Source: an uncultured Holophagales bacterium (GTDB lineage Bacteria > Acidobacteriota > Thermoanaerobaculia > Multivoradales > UBA5704). Taken from it: DNA of 64,000 nt. Positions within the stretch are counted from its first letter, which is position 1, and each line of letters begins with the position of its first letter. The stretch is taken from contig CAWJGT010000025.1 in assembly GCA_963842525.1 (NCBI GenBank), forward strand, positions 384,001 to 448,000, given 5' to 3'. Shown piece by piece: positions 10,001 through 17,739 of this stretch. The notes under the pieces were generated by a model. The model saw only the letters and a list, made by a program, of their open reading frames with translations. It ran no database searches and was not told where the DNA came from. A program made the position numbers and the translations under genes.

Positions 10001-10518
10001 GGGACGCTCGCTCCGGACAGCCGCTCACCTCCGCCCTGCAGCATCAGGGCGCCGTCGTCGCCGTAGCCTTCAGCCCGGATGGCCGGACCATCCTGACGGG
10101 GTCCGGAGACAACACCGCCCGGCTCTGGGACGCTCGCTCCGGACGGTCCGTTTCGCCTATCTTGCGAATTCAGGATTCAGCTCGGAACATTGCCTTCAAG
10201 CCAGATGGAGAGGCCTTTTTCGTAGCAACAGGCCACTGGCTGAATTTCTATTCGTGGAATGGCAAAGAAGCTGTACCCCAAAGCAGCCAGTGGCTCCGGG
10301 GGTTTTGGAAAAAGGGATTCCGATTCCCTCCCGACTGCGAGAGCTGCCTCCAGGTCGCGTTGGGGGGTACCGGCAATTCCTTCCGCCTCGAAACCCTTCG
10401 CCTCGACGAGCCTATCGATCCGCCGATCGAGGGAGACCCGGAGAAGCTCCTCAAAATGTGGCAGGACCGCCTGGGGCTCAATTTTGACGAGCAGACGATG
10501 AAGCCGGTTCCAAGATAG
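7051..10518 (+). CDS. AAA_35-type ATPase + TM segment + WD40 repeat protein
   Basis: ARQMGKSS, VFVDEID, TPFNIG, GGHPYLTQ; hydrophobic LAAAVVGVLVWYV; 13 conserved + 1 degenerate 42-aa WD40 repeats; start overlaps upstream stop (GTGA). Confidence 0.93.
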   Translation: MSETAAPASPFYVVGGTLKPGAPSYVERRADTDLYESLLAESFCYVLTARQMGKSSLMARTAKRLEQDDIRTAVVDLTQIGTERGALAAGQWYFGIANEVHRHLQIAVPLRPWWQERADLPPIQRLTNFFREFVLEHCLGRVVVFVDEIDSTIGLPFADDFFAALRSCFNARATDTSFERLTFVLLGVATPDQLIQDPARTPFNIGKRIDLTDFTADEAWRLAPGLHADPAAAGRQLERVLHWTGGHPYLTQVLCRAVREQAAENGTAEESVDPWVEELFFSSRAQREEANLKQARARLERPGPEGRRLLRIYRRIRQGKSVTDQPLSPLFAQLKLAGVVKATDEGRLAVRNRIYEVVFTPEWAKSAMPADRGRQLATATLAAAVVGVLVWYVAFQPPLYERAFQAAFEDDGYNGAREAYIALRANPFSRSKATELMQQFWEQRALRYAHAGQRDESLLSCLQGLALRDSEKLGRQATNLVGPDYDRLRFTFRHQESIAAVAFSPDGRTVLTGSWDNTARLWDAGSGQPLTPPLRHLDDVVAVAFSPDGRTVLTGSWDDTARLWDAGSGQPLTPPLQHQDSVAAVGFSPDGRIILTGSWDKTARLWDVSSGHPLTPPLQHQDDVAAVGFSPDGRIILTGSRDKTARLWDARSGQPLTSPLQHQKDVVAVSFSPDGRIILTGSEDNTARLWDIGSGQPLTSPLQHQGVVVAVTFSPDGRIILTGSRDKTARLWDARSGQPLTSALQHQGAVVAVAFSPDGRTILTGSEDNTVRLWDARSGQPLTSALQHQGAVVAVAFSPDGRTVLTGSWDKTARLWDARPGHPLTLSLRHLDDIVAVAFSPDGRTVLTGSWDKTARLWDARSGQPLTSALQHQGAVVAVAFSPDGQTVLTGSEDKMARLWDARSGQPLTSALQHQGAVVAVAFSPDGRTVLTGSWDDTARLWDAGSGQPLPPPLQHQDSVAAVAFSPDGRTILTGSGDNTARLWDARSGQPLTSALQHQGAVVAVAFSPDGRTILTGSGDNTARLWDARSGRSVSPILRIQDSARNIAFKPDGEAFFVATGHWLNFYSWNGKEAVPQSSQWLRGFWKKGFRFPPDCESCLQVALGGTGNSFRLETLRLDEPIDPPIEGDPEKLLKMWQDRLGLNFDEQTMKPVPR
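8530..10200 (+). repeat. Coding 126-bp tandem repeats (WD40 blades)
   Basis: Near-identical DNA units encoding FSPDGR..LTGSxDxTARLWD. Confidence 0.95.
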
Positions 10519-10539
10519 GCCGCATCCCGCGCGGGCATC

Positions 10540-11114
10540 TCACCCCTGGTGCAAGAAGCTCCCATCTCGGAGCTGGGAAAGCGCCGTTTCGAGCTCAGCC
10601 CGGGTGTTCATGACGATCGGTCCGTGCCAGGCGACGGGCTCTTCCAGGGGCTTTCCTGAGGCGAGGAGGAAACGGATGCCTTCCTCGCCGGCCTGCACGA
10701 CGACTTCGTCGCCGCGGTCGCGGTCATCTTGAGGGAAGCGGGGAGATTCGCCCAGAGCTGGAAGCCGTGCATCCGGCCCGTCTCATCGCCCTGCGGCATC
10801 TCCTGATGGATGATGCCGCGCCCTGCGGTCATCCACTGCAGGTCCCCGGCGCCGAGCGCGCCCTGGTTGCCGAGGCTGTCGTTATGGGACACGGTGCCCG
10901 AGAGCACATAGGTGATCGTCTCGATGCCGCGGTGCGGGTGCCACGGAAAGCCGGCCAGGTAGTCCGCCGGCCGGTCATTCCGGAAGTCGTCCAGAAGCAG
11001 GAATGGATCAAAATCTCCGGTCTCGCCGAATCCGAAAGCCCGGCGCAGCCGAACGCCGGCGCCCTCGACCGTCGGGGTGGCCTGGGAGATGTGATTGATG
11101 GAGCGGATCGACAT
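10540..11114 (-). pseudogene. Pirin-family gene with internal deletion
   Basis: DPFLLLD, FPWHPHRGIET, MTAGRGIIHQE, QLWANLP, then jumps out of frame to the C-terminal SGKPLEEPVAWHGPIVMN. Confidence 0.85.
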
Positions 11115-11236
11115 GGGAAGCCTCCTGTCAGGTGCTGCTCCCGTTGCAACTGTCGCTACAGGACGGGAATTCCCCCGCGGCCTTGGATCCGCCGTCAGGC
11201 CGCGGGATCGCCATACATCGGGAACTTGTCGAAGAA

Positions 11237-12095
11237 CTAGTCGTCGTCATATCGGCGGACGGCGTGAAGGGCCTCGCGGCGCGCCCCGGCGTCGCTCGTC
11301 ATCAGCCGTGCCAGCGCCGCGGGAAGCAGGGCGTCGCCGGCCCGGCTTGCGATCAGCTCGCGAATGCGATCGGCTTTGAAGTGAACGACCGCCATCCGCA
11401 ACTGGTTGTGCAGCACTGTCTCCCAGTCGCGCTGGTAGTCGGGGAAAGCATCCGACGGCGGAAAAGGTGAGCAATGTCCAGAGCGGGAGCGAGCATGCAC
11501 CGGTAGCCGAGGAGCCATAGCCTCAAGCTCAGCTCCGCGTCCTCGATGCCGTACCGGACCATGCCCTCGTCGAAACCGCCGGTGGCTTCGAAGACCTCGC
11601 GGCGCATCGCCAGGAAACCGCCGCCCAACAGCGGGACCGGGTAGGGATCGGTCCCTCCTTGCGGTGGAGGGAGCGCCAGTCGAGCCATGGGTCGGAGAAG
11701 TGCAGACCCCACCCCTTGAGGGTGCGGTCGTCCATATTGCTGATCACCGGACCGACGACGCCGACCCCCGGGTCCGCCAGCGCCTCCAGCAGCGGAGAGA
11801 CCCAACTTGGCGGCGCCTCGATGTGGGCGTCGCCGAAGACGACGACATCACCGTGGCATTGGCGGGCACCCAGGTTCCGCGCCTGCGAGACCCCCAGCCG
11901 TTCTCGTTGACGAAGGACCCGGACGACCGGCGGACCGCCGTCGTCTTCGAGGCGGTCGGCGCTGCCGTCGGTCGAGTTGTCGTCCACGATCACGATCTCG
12001 CCGCCCTGCGGGAGCCCGGCCCGCAGGCTGCTCACAGTGCTGCGGAGATGCTCGCCCTCGTTGCGGCTGACGATCACCACGCTTACTTGAGCCAT
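11237..12095 (-). CDS. GT-A (GT2/GT27-like) glycosyltransferase with two frameshifts
   Basis: VSVVIVSRNE, IVDDNSTDGS, ARNLGA, FGDAH in one frame; GGFLAMRR..GGFDEGM..YG.ED.ELSLR.W in a second; tail in a third. Confidence 0.8.
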
Positions 12096-13078
12096 TGGAA
12101 CTCGTTCTGGTGGACGAAGTTCGTGAAGGTGACGGTGACGCTGACGTCGAGTGACTTCACGTGGTGCCACCATCCGACCGGCAGGAACAGCACCTCGCCG
12201 GGCTCAAGGACGACCTGCATCGACGTGACGTCGCGAAACAGGGGATGCCTCTGGAAGTCCGGGTTGTCGCAGTCGACATCGCTGAAGACGCCGACCTCGT
12301 TGTAGACGCGGTGCGTCTGGTCCGGGGAGATCAGCAGGACGCGCTTCCTGCCGAAGACCTGGGCCATGAAGATGTTCATCACGTCGTGATGCAGCGGGGT
12401 GACGGTGCCGGCGGGTCCGAACCAGAAGTGCACCTGGCCGGCGGTCCTCTCAGGGTCCAGGTGCTCGGGGAAGCACCGGATGTCGTCGTAGAGCGGCTGC
12501 ATCTCCGGACGGCCGAAGAACCCGTTGTTGGCCACGAGATAGACGTCGTTGCTCTCGCCTCCGGCGGTGACCATGTCCGCGTAGTCACCGAACCGGACCT
12601 CTGTCCTGTGGGCCAGGCAGTTGATCTCGTACCGCGGATCCCTGTTCCGGCCGCTCATGATCTCGACGATCGCGTCGCCGCAGGTCTCCTTGAAATACCC
12701 CGGGTTCCACCGGGAGAGCGCCGGCCAGTCCTCCATGAGACCGGTGAGGATCACCGGTCGGTTGGCCGCGTAGTACCTCTCCAGGAGCTCCGCCCGGGAG
12801 ATCCCGCCGCGGCGCTCGACCGTCCCGGAGCCGTACGCGAGTGAGGCCAGAAAGCGATGAATGTCCAGCACCGATTCGAGCTTCTTCAGGCGTTGCACCA
12901 TCCGCGCGCCCGCCTGGAAGCCGGGGTCCATGGTCATGGCCTGGACCGCATGGGCCGCGGTGCTCGCGTCAAACCCGTTCTGGACGAGCGTCGCGACGAG
13001 CTGTTCGTCGCCGACCTCGAGCAGCTTGTTCTCGGCGATCCAGCGGCGCCAATCGTCGGAGACGGTCTGCATGCTCAT
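12083..13078 (-). CDS. JmjC/cupin_8 2-oxoglutarate Fe(II) oxygenase
   Basis: NRPVIL...WPAL.RW, FWFGPAGTVTPLHHD, GRKR, LEPGEVLFLPVGWWHHV; GAGGAG RBS before ATG 13078. Confidence 0.9.
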   Translation of the reverse strand: MSMQTVSDDWRRWIAENKLLEVGDEQLVATLVQNGFDASTAAHAVQAMTMDPGFQAGARMVQRLKKLESVLDIHRFLASLAYGSGTVERRGGISRAELLERYYAANRPVILTGLMEDWPALSRWNPGYFKETCGDAIVEIMSGRNRDPRYEINCLAHRTEVRFGDYADMVTAGGESNDVYLVANNGFFGRPEMQPLYDDIRCFPEHLDPERTAGQVHFWFGPAGTVTPLHHDVMNIFMAQVFGRKRVLLISPDQTHRVYNEVGVFSDVDCDNPDFQRHPLFRDVTSMQVVLEPGEVLFLPVGWWHHVKSLDVSVTVTFTNFVHQNEFQWLK

Positions 13079-13128
13079 GGTGATCTCCTCGCCTAAGAAT
13101 AAGCTCAATCTTAAACCATGGGCCAGCC

Positions 13129-13345
13129 GCTCTTCGGAGCGGGTGACTTGCTCCGCGGAGCGGCGGCCTCCTGCCGAAAACTGGCTGAGTCGCTCCATGG
13201 AGCGGGCCAGGGGCTCTTCGGACCGTGCGGCTCGCTCCGAAGACCGGATGCTCCCGCCGAGGCATGGACGAGTCGCTCCATGGAGCGGGCCGGCCGCTCC
13301 GTGGTGTGGGCCCGACGCGCCGTGGAGCGAGCAGCACCAGCCGCG
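13129..13345. repeat. 21-bp-periodic array of GCTCCNNGGAGC palindromes (left half)
   Basis: Units at 13129, 13150, 13192, 13213, 13234, 13275, 13296, 13317, 13338. Confidence 0.8.
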
Positions 13346-13386
13346 GGTCGTGTCCTAACTCAGTGTTGGCGCTGGAGGGGCGCAAG

Positions 13387-13740
13387 TCAGGAGGAGGGGT
13401 AAGAGGCTTCCGGGAACTCCCACGGGTCTAGGCGGACCCCCTTTTTCTCAATTGTCCGGCGCGCGCTGTATAGGATCGCTCTGAGGTAGTCTGATTGCGC
13501 CCGAGCCCCATCTACAGAGAACTTCTCCACTAGGGGGTTGTGTGGGGGAATCCAGACCCTAAACCTGATTTCGTCTCTGTCATCCGAAATTTGAGCGCGC
13601 GCCACCCACGGAGAGAAGGCTCCCTGTGTGGTGTCTATCAGCCACCGCTCGAAGGATTCAGGTGTCATGCGGGCGCTCCACGCCGCTATTCTACTACTCC
13701 CATGCTCCCTCCTGTCGTCCCTCCTGTAGAATCCCCTCAA
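13387..13740 (-). CDS. Hypothetical passenger protein (start uncertain, possibly 13668)
   Basis: Lower-GC ORF with globular composition inside the transposon. Confidence 0.5.
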   Translation of the reverse strand: MRGFYRRDDRREHGSSRIAAWSARMTPESFERWLIDTTQGAFSPWVARAQISDDRDEIRFRVWIPPHNPLVEKFSVDGARAQSDYLRAILYSARRTIEKKGVRLDPWEFPEASYPSS

Positions 13741-13827
13741 GCGCGGCTAGGCTGATCCCCGAAAGCCTGCCCCCCACGGCTGGCCCGCCGCGCTGATCTT
13801 TCCTCTCGTGGGGGTGCGCCGTGGGGG

Positions 13828-14106
13828 GTGCCAATGGCGAACGCACGCAAGTATGGCCTCTCTCGCATTCTGGAGGCGTGCCGCTCCTTCGGGATGACGG
13901 AGGAGGATACACAGCTCTTCCTCGAAGAGCTTGAGCAATCTTCCGCACCTGTGGGGCGCCCGCCAAAGAAGCCAAGGCTGCAAACGCCACCGCCAACCGC
14001 GCCACACCCTGAGCCGCACCTGAAACCGAAGCCTTCCTCGCATCGAATTAGCTTCCTGGAGGGGCTCGCGGCGGCGGCGAGCGAGCGCCGGGACCGGAAA
14101 AAGTAG
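13828..14106 (+). CDS. Hypothetical passenger protein
   Basis: ORF ANARKYGLSRILEACRSFGMTEED...GRPPKK; no family recognised. Confidence 0.35.
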   Translation: MPMANARKYGLSRILEACRSFGMTEEDTQLFLEELEQSSAPVGRPPKKPRLQTPPPTAPHPEPHLKPKPSSHRISFLEGLAAAASERRDRKK

Positions 14107-14194
14107 AGCTGCTTTCCACGCGAAAGTGGACCGACTTTTGAGGCGCTCCATAGGAAAAGTCGGTCCACTTACAGCGAGAAAGTGGAGCCACTTT
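14100..14194. promoter_or_regulatory. Four AAAGT-N6-ACTTT palindromic boxes
   Basis: Boxes at 14100, 14123, 14156, 14179 (first and third have one mismatch). Confidence 0.6.
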
Positions 14195-14420
14195 AAACAT
14201 CTGGAGTTATTGAGCTTACGGGGTTGACAGCCGGCGAGTCTGCTGCTTATGGTCTAGAAGACGAAGAGCCCAAGGGGTGCGATCCCAAGGGCTCTTCAGA
14301 GAACCAGACGCGGACCGTCCGGGACTCAGCAGGGGTAAGTGTACCCTCCCGCCGTCCGCGTCGCAACTGGAGGTTGCGATGCACCACTTCTACCGCGGTC
14401 CGGTGCCCCTTCACCGCTCC

Positions 14421-14642
14421 CTAGTCGGGCTCGTCGAGCGGAGCCTTCCCCGCCGCCTCATACCGCGCGGCTTCGGCGATCTCGCGCCGGGCGGTCCGGA
14501 CCAGCCTGTCCCGTATCCAGTCGGACAGACTGGTCCCGGTCAGCTCCGCGGCTTGCCGGATCAATGCGTCGTGGTCCCGGGTCAGCCTGATCCGGATGGA
14601 CTCTGAGTGCGTGCGGTTCTCGTCCTTCTTAGGTCTAGCCAT
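14421..14642 (-). CDS. Ribbon-helix-helix (DUF1778-like) DNA-binding protein
   Basis: MARPKK..SIRIRLT....LIRQAAELTGTSLSDWIR pattern; divergent from transposase. Confidence 0.8.
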   Translation of the reverse strand: MARPKKDENRTHSESIRIRLTRDHDALIRQAAELTGTSLSDWIRDRLVRTARREIAEAARYEAAGKAPLDEPD

Positions 14643-14650
14643 GGTTCAAA

Positions 14651-14679
14651 ATTGTATGCCTATGCGACCCACAAATCAA
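14651..14679 (-). promoter_or_regulatory. sigma70 promoter for the RHH gene (probably leaderless)
   Basis: TTGATT-17 bp-TACAAT on minus strand, 8 bp before ATG 14642. Confidence 0.65.
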
Positions 14680-14703
14680 GAGGGAATATCTCGCCGAAAC
14701 CCC

Positions 14704-14732
14704 TTGACAAGTGTGCCACGTGGGCATACAAT
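14704..14732 (+). promoter_or_regulatory. sigma70 promoter for the transposase
   Basis: TTGACA-17 bp-TACAAT with TGCC-ACGTG-GGCA dyad in the spacer. Confidence 0.8.
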
Positions 14733-14755
14733 AACTCCAGAGTCGAGACAGAGAC

Positions 14756-15733
14756 ATGGACGCCACCACCCCCACCCTGACAGCCCTGGTCTGCCGCACA
14801 TGCGGCGGGCCGACCATTGGCTGGGGGCGGGACGCCAACCGCAACCCCCGCCGGTTCTGCAAGGCTTGCAGGAAGAGCTACGGGATCATCCCGGAGCGTC
14901 CCCTCGGCCGGATGAGGATCGACATGGACAAGGCCGTCCTGTGCATCTCTCTCCTGACAGAGGGCGCCTCGATTCGGAGCACAGAGAGGGTTGCGGGAAT
15001 CCACCGGGACACGATCATGCGGCTCCTGCGGCTCGCTGGCGGCAAGTGCGAGGCGATCCTGGGCAAGCACCTCCAGGCCGTCCCGGTGAAGGACGTTCAG
15101 GCGGACGAGCTGTGGTGCTTCGTGGGCATGAAGGAGAAGACGAAGGCCCGGAAGCAAAACACGGACCCGGACATGGGGGACGCCTACACCTTCCTGGCGA
15201 TCGAGCGCGATTCCAAGCTCCTCCTGGCGCATCACGTCGGCCGGCGCACCAGTGAGGATGCGAACATGTTCGCCGCCAAGCTGTCCGCCGCCGTGGGAAG
15301 CGACCGCTTCCAGATCTCGACGGACGGGCTGGACGCTTACCCGGAAGCCCTTGAATCTCATTTGGGCGGCCGGATCGACTATGCCCAGATCATCAAAACC
15401 TTTTCAGGTGAGGGACTCGACAGCGAACGGCGGTATTCTCCGCCGTCCATAATAGCCACCGAAAAGAGAGTTATTTCCGGGAGCCCGGATGAGTCCCGGA
15501 TCTGCACGAGCCATGTGGAGCGGGTCAACCTGCACGTGCGGATGATGTCCCGGCGGTTCACCCGCCTAACCACGGGATTCTCGAAGAAGCGGGAGGCTCT
15601 GAAGTCGGCGGTTGCCGTGTTCGTGGCGTCTTACAACTTCTGCTGGCGCCACTCGACGCTCCGGATGTCGCCCGCGATGCATGCGGGACTCACCCGGAAG
15701 GTATGGACGGTGCGCGATCTGCTGGTAGGCTAG
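14756..15733 (+). CDS. IS1-family DDE transposase
   Basis: N-terminal CxxC..CxxC zinc ribbon, HTH (GASIRSTER), DELWCFVG, STDG..Y, TSHVERVNL..R, FSKK. Confidence 0.9.
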   Translation: MDATTPTLTALVCRTCGGPTIGWGRDANRNPRRFCKACRKSYGIIPERPLGRMRIDMDKAVLCISLLTEGASIRSTERVAGIHRDTIMRLLRLAGGKCEAILGKHLQAVPVKDVQADELWCFVGMKEKTKARKQNTDPDMGDAYTFLAIERDSKLLLAHHVGRRTSEDANMFAAKLSAAVGSDRFQISTDGLDAYPEALESHLGGRIDYAQIIKTFSGEGLDSERRYSPPSIIATEKRVISGSPDESRICTSHVERVNLHVRMMSRRFTRLTTGFSKKREALKSAVAVFVASYNFCWRHSTLRMSPAMHAGLTRKVWTVRDLLVG

Positions 15734-15752
15734 AAGAAAAAGGAGAGCCCTA

Positions 15753-16031
15753 ATGGCAAAGGATGAGAAGCGGACACCCGACGAAGACGCGATGACGATT
15801 GCGTTGGCGGCCGCTGCCGCGGCCTATTCAGATCTGCTTGTCAGAATTGCCCAACTCACCCAAGCCCTTATAGCCAAGGGTGTAATCACCGCCGCCGATG
15901 TTGAGAAGTCGATGACGGCTGAGGAGCGGAGCGATCTGTATGACGTTGCGACGGATCGTTTTGGGAATCAGCTCTTTGAGCTAGGTAAGACAAAGGCTCG
16001 AATTGACCGAGCGCGCCCTTCAACTCCTTAG
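15753..16031 (+). CDS. Hypothetical passenger protein
   Basis: AAGGAG RBS; helical protein with LIAKGVIT motif. Confidence 0.6.
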   Translation: MAKDEKRTPDEDAMTIALAAAAAAYSDLLVRIAQLTQALIAKGVITAADVEKSMTAEERSDLYDVATDRFGNQLFELGKTKARIDRARPSTP

Positions 16032-16161
16032 CTCGGGCAAGAGCTTCGCGAAGGATCTTAGCTTGAGTGAGGGTCATAATGTCTCACTATGGGGCAATTT
16101 GCCCCTGTAGTCAAGAGGTGCGCGACAAAAAGGGCCGGCCCCTCTCGGGGCCGGTCGTGTC

Positions 16162-16908
16162 CTACTTCGCTTCGGAGAGATGCCGCGCCACGATCGGCGC
16201 GGGGTCCGGCAGCTCGCCGCGGAGCAGCACCGGGGCAAGCTCAGAGGCCAGCACCCGACACTGCGCGGAGGTCTTGAGCGTGGCGATCACGCGATGGGTG
16301 GGGAGGTGTACCAGGGTGCGGAGGTGATTGCGGTCCGGCCCGTGGCTCGTCCCCTGGTAGATCCCGAAGGGAGGGGAAACGACGCCGCGGACCTCGGTCT
16401 CTTGGCCGTCCATGAGGCAGACACGGAAGCGGACACCGTACCGCCATGCCAGAGGCAGAGGATTGCCGGCCCTGGCCCGGACCTTGAGATAGGCATCCGC
16501 CGCCGCAGCGAGCCACGTGCCGGCCGCACGGTGCCCCTCGGCCTCTGCCGCACGCTTCCAGCGGATCGACTGCTCGGCCGTCGCGTGGACCGTGAAAGAG
16601 GACGTCTTCATCAGGCCCATCGGTTGGGTATCTCCGCTTCGTCGGCCTTCCGTTTCGCCTGGAGCTTCCCGGCGTTCCCGCTCGAATTCGCGGAACGTCT
16701 CTTTGAGCTTGGGATGGTGGCGGATCAGGTGGTCCGCGGCGTAAAGCAGGAACTTGGCGAGAGGGGTGCCGTTCCCGAGTGCCTGCCGCGCCGCTTCGTC
16801 AAGCCGGCGCTGATCAAAGGTGTCATGGATGGTCACGGCAACCCGTTGCGGGCGGTACTCACCCACGGGTGCCAAGAGCTTGCGGCGGTCCTGATGGTAC
16901 CAGGCCAT
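16162..16908 (-). CDS. Hypothetical passenger protein with two RHH-like segments (possibly two genes)
   Basis: RVAVTIH..RLDEAA...LAKFL and SSFTVHA..RWKRAA...GTWL patterns. Confidence 0.55.
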   Translation of the reverse strand: MAWYHQDRRKLLAPVGEYRPQRVAVTIHDTFDQRRLDEAARQALGNGTPLAKFLLYAADHLIRHHPKLKETFREFERERREAPGETEGRRSGDTQPMGLMKTSSFTVHATAEQSIRWKRAAEAEGHRAAGTWLAAAADAYLKVRARAGNPLPLAWRYGVRFRVCLMDGQETEVRGVVSPPFGIYQGTSHGPDRNHLRTLVHLPTHRVIATLKTSAQCRVLASELAPVLLRGELPDPAPIVARHLSEAK

Positions 16909-16912
16909 GGCC

Positions 16913-17248
16913 TCAACCCCTCTCCGCCTGCCGACGTTGCCAGTCCTCGTACAGCGCTTCAGGCGTCATCTCTCCCGCTTCCTCCAGGGATAGGATGGCC
17001 GGCTCCAGATCATCAGCGAGGATGCATTCGATCGTGCCGCGCAGGGCAAAGGCGACGGACTGCGGGACCCTACCCTCTCCCATGGCTTCACTCTCTTCCG
17101 GGTAGATGAGGCTCTCTTCCAGCTCCCGGAGACAGAGCCGGGTGGTCTTGAGGAAGGAGTTGCAGCACTGTACGATCATCTGCGCTGCGATCTCTTCGGC
17201 GGTGTGCTCGGGGACGGGGGGCAGGGTAGAATCAGACAGCTCGGGCAT
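16913..17248 (-). CDS. Hypothetical acidic passenger protein
   Basis: ORF MPELSDSTL...EDWQRRQAERG, preceded by a GGGAG RBS. Confidence 0.55.
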   Translation of the reverse strand: MPELSDSTLPPVPEHTAEEIAAQMIVQCCNSFLKTTRLCLRELEESLIYPEESEAMGEGRVPQSVAFALRGTIECILADDLEPAILSLEEAGEMTPEALYEDWQRRQAERG

Positions 17249-17417
17249 GGGTTCGCTCCCTTGCTCGGGTAGGTCCGGGCGGGTGTGCAAGCACCCGTTC
17301 GGGCCGCTACCAGATTGTCAGTGGAGAGGCGTATTCCTCCCTACGGGAGGGAAGCTACCGCAGCTCAGAGGGGGCCGGGGCGGCCCCCTACCGCCAACAC
17401 TGAATTAGGACACGACC

Positions 17418-17600
17418 CAGCCGCGGAGCGGGGAGGCCGCTCCACAGCACGACTGCTCACTCCGCGGAGCGGTCTCCACCGATTTCGGTGCGGACCGCCC
17501 GCTCCGTGGCGAGAACCCCGTTCCGTGGAGCAGGCTGCTCCGAATTCCGGCCGGTCGACTTGTAGAGCTATGGAGCCGGCGCTTCCGAATACATCGCGGC
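17418..17600. repeat. 21-bp-periodic palindrome array (right half)
   Basis: Units at 17418, 17439, 17459, 17501, 17520, degenerate thereafter. Confidence 0.65.
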
Positions 17601-17739
17601 CAGCCCCACACCGGTCAGCTTGCGCCAGTCAAGGTCCCAGGGCGCCCCTTTTCACGACCCATCATGATCGGCGCCGCTGCCACCCACCCGCCGCCCCTTT
17701 TCGTCTTAGGGCGTCTTCTATGAGAAGGCCCCGAATGTC

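Larger units (their letters stand above)
13346..17417 (+). mobile_element. IS1-family transposon with passenger genes (4,072 bp)
   Basis: 26-bp terminal IRs GGTCGTGTCCTAA(C/T)TCAGTGTTGGCG (13346-13371, 17392-17417, 1 mismatch); 8-bp TSD CAGCCGCG (13338-13345, 17418-17425); central transposase. Confidence 0.92.

Noticed and set aside
13129-13345. Possible mini-CRISPR (palindrome + spacer)
   Set aside because: 12-bp degenerate repeats and 9-bp spacers are far below CRISPR dimensions
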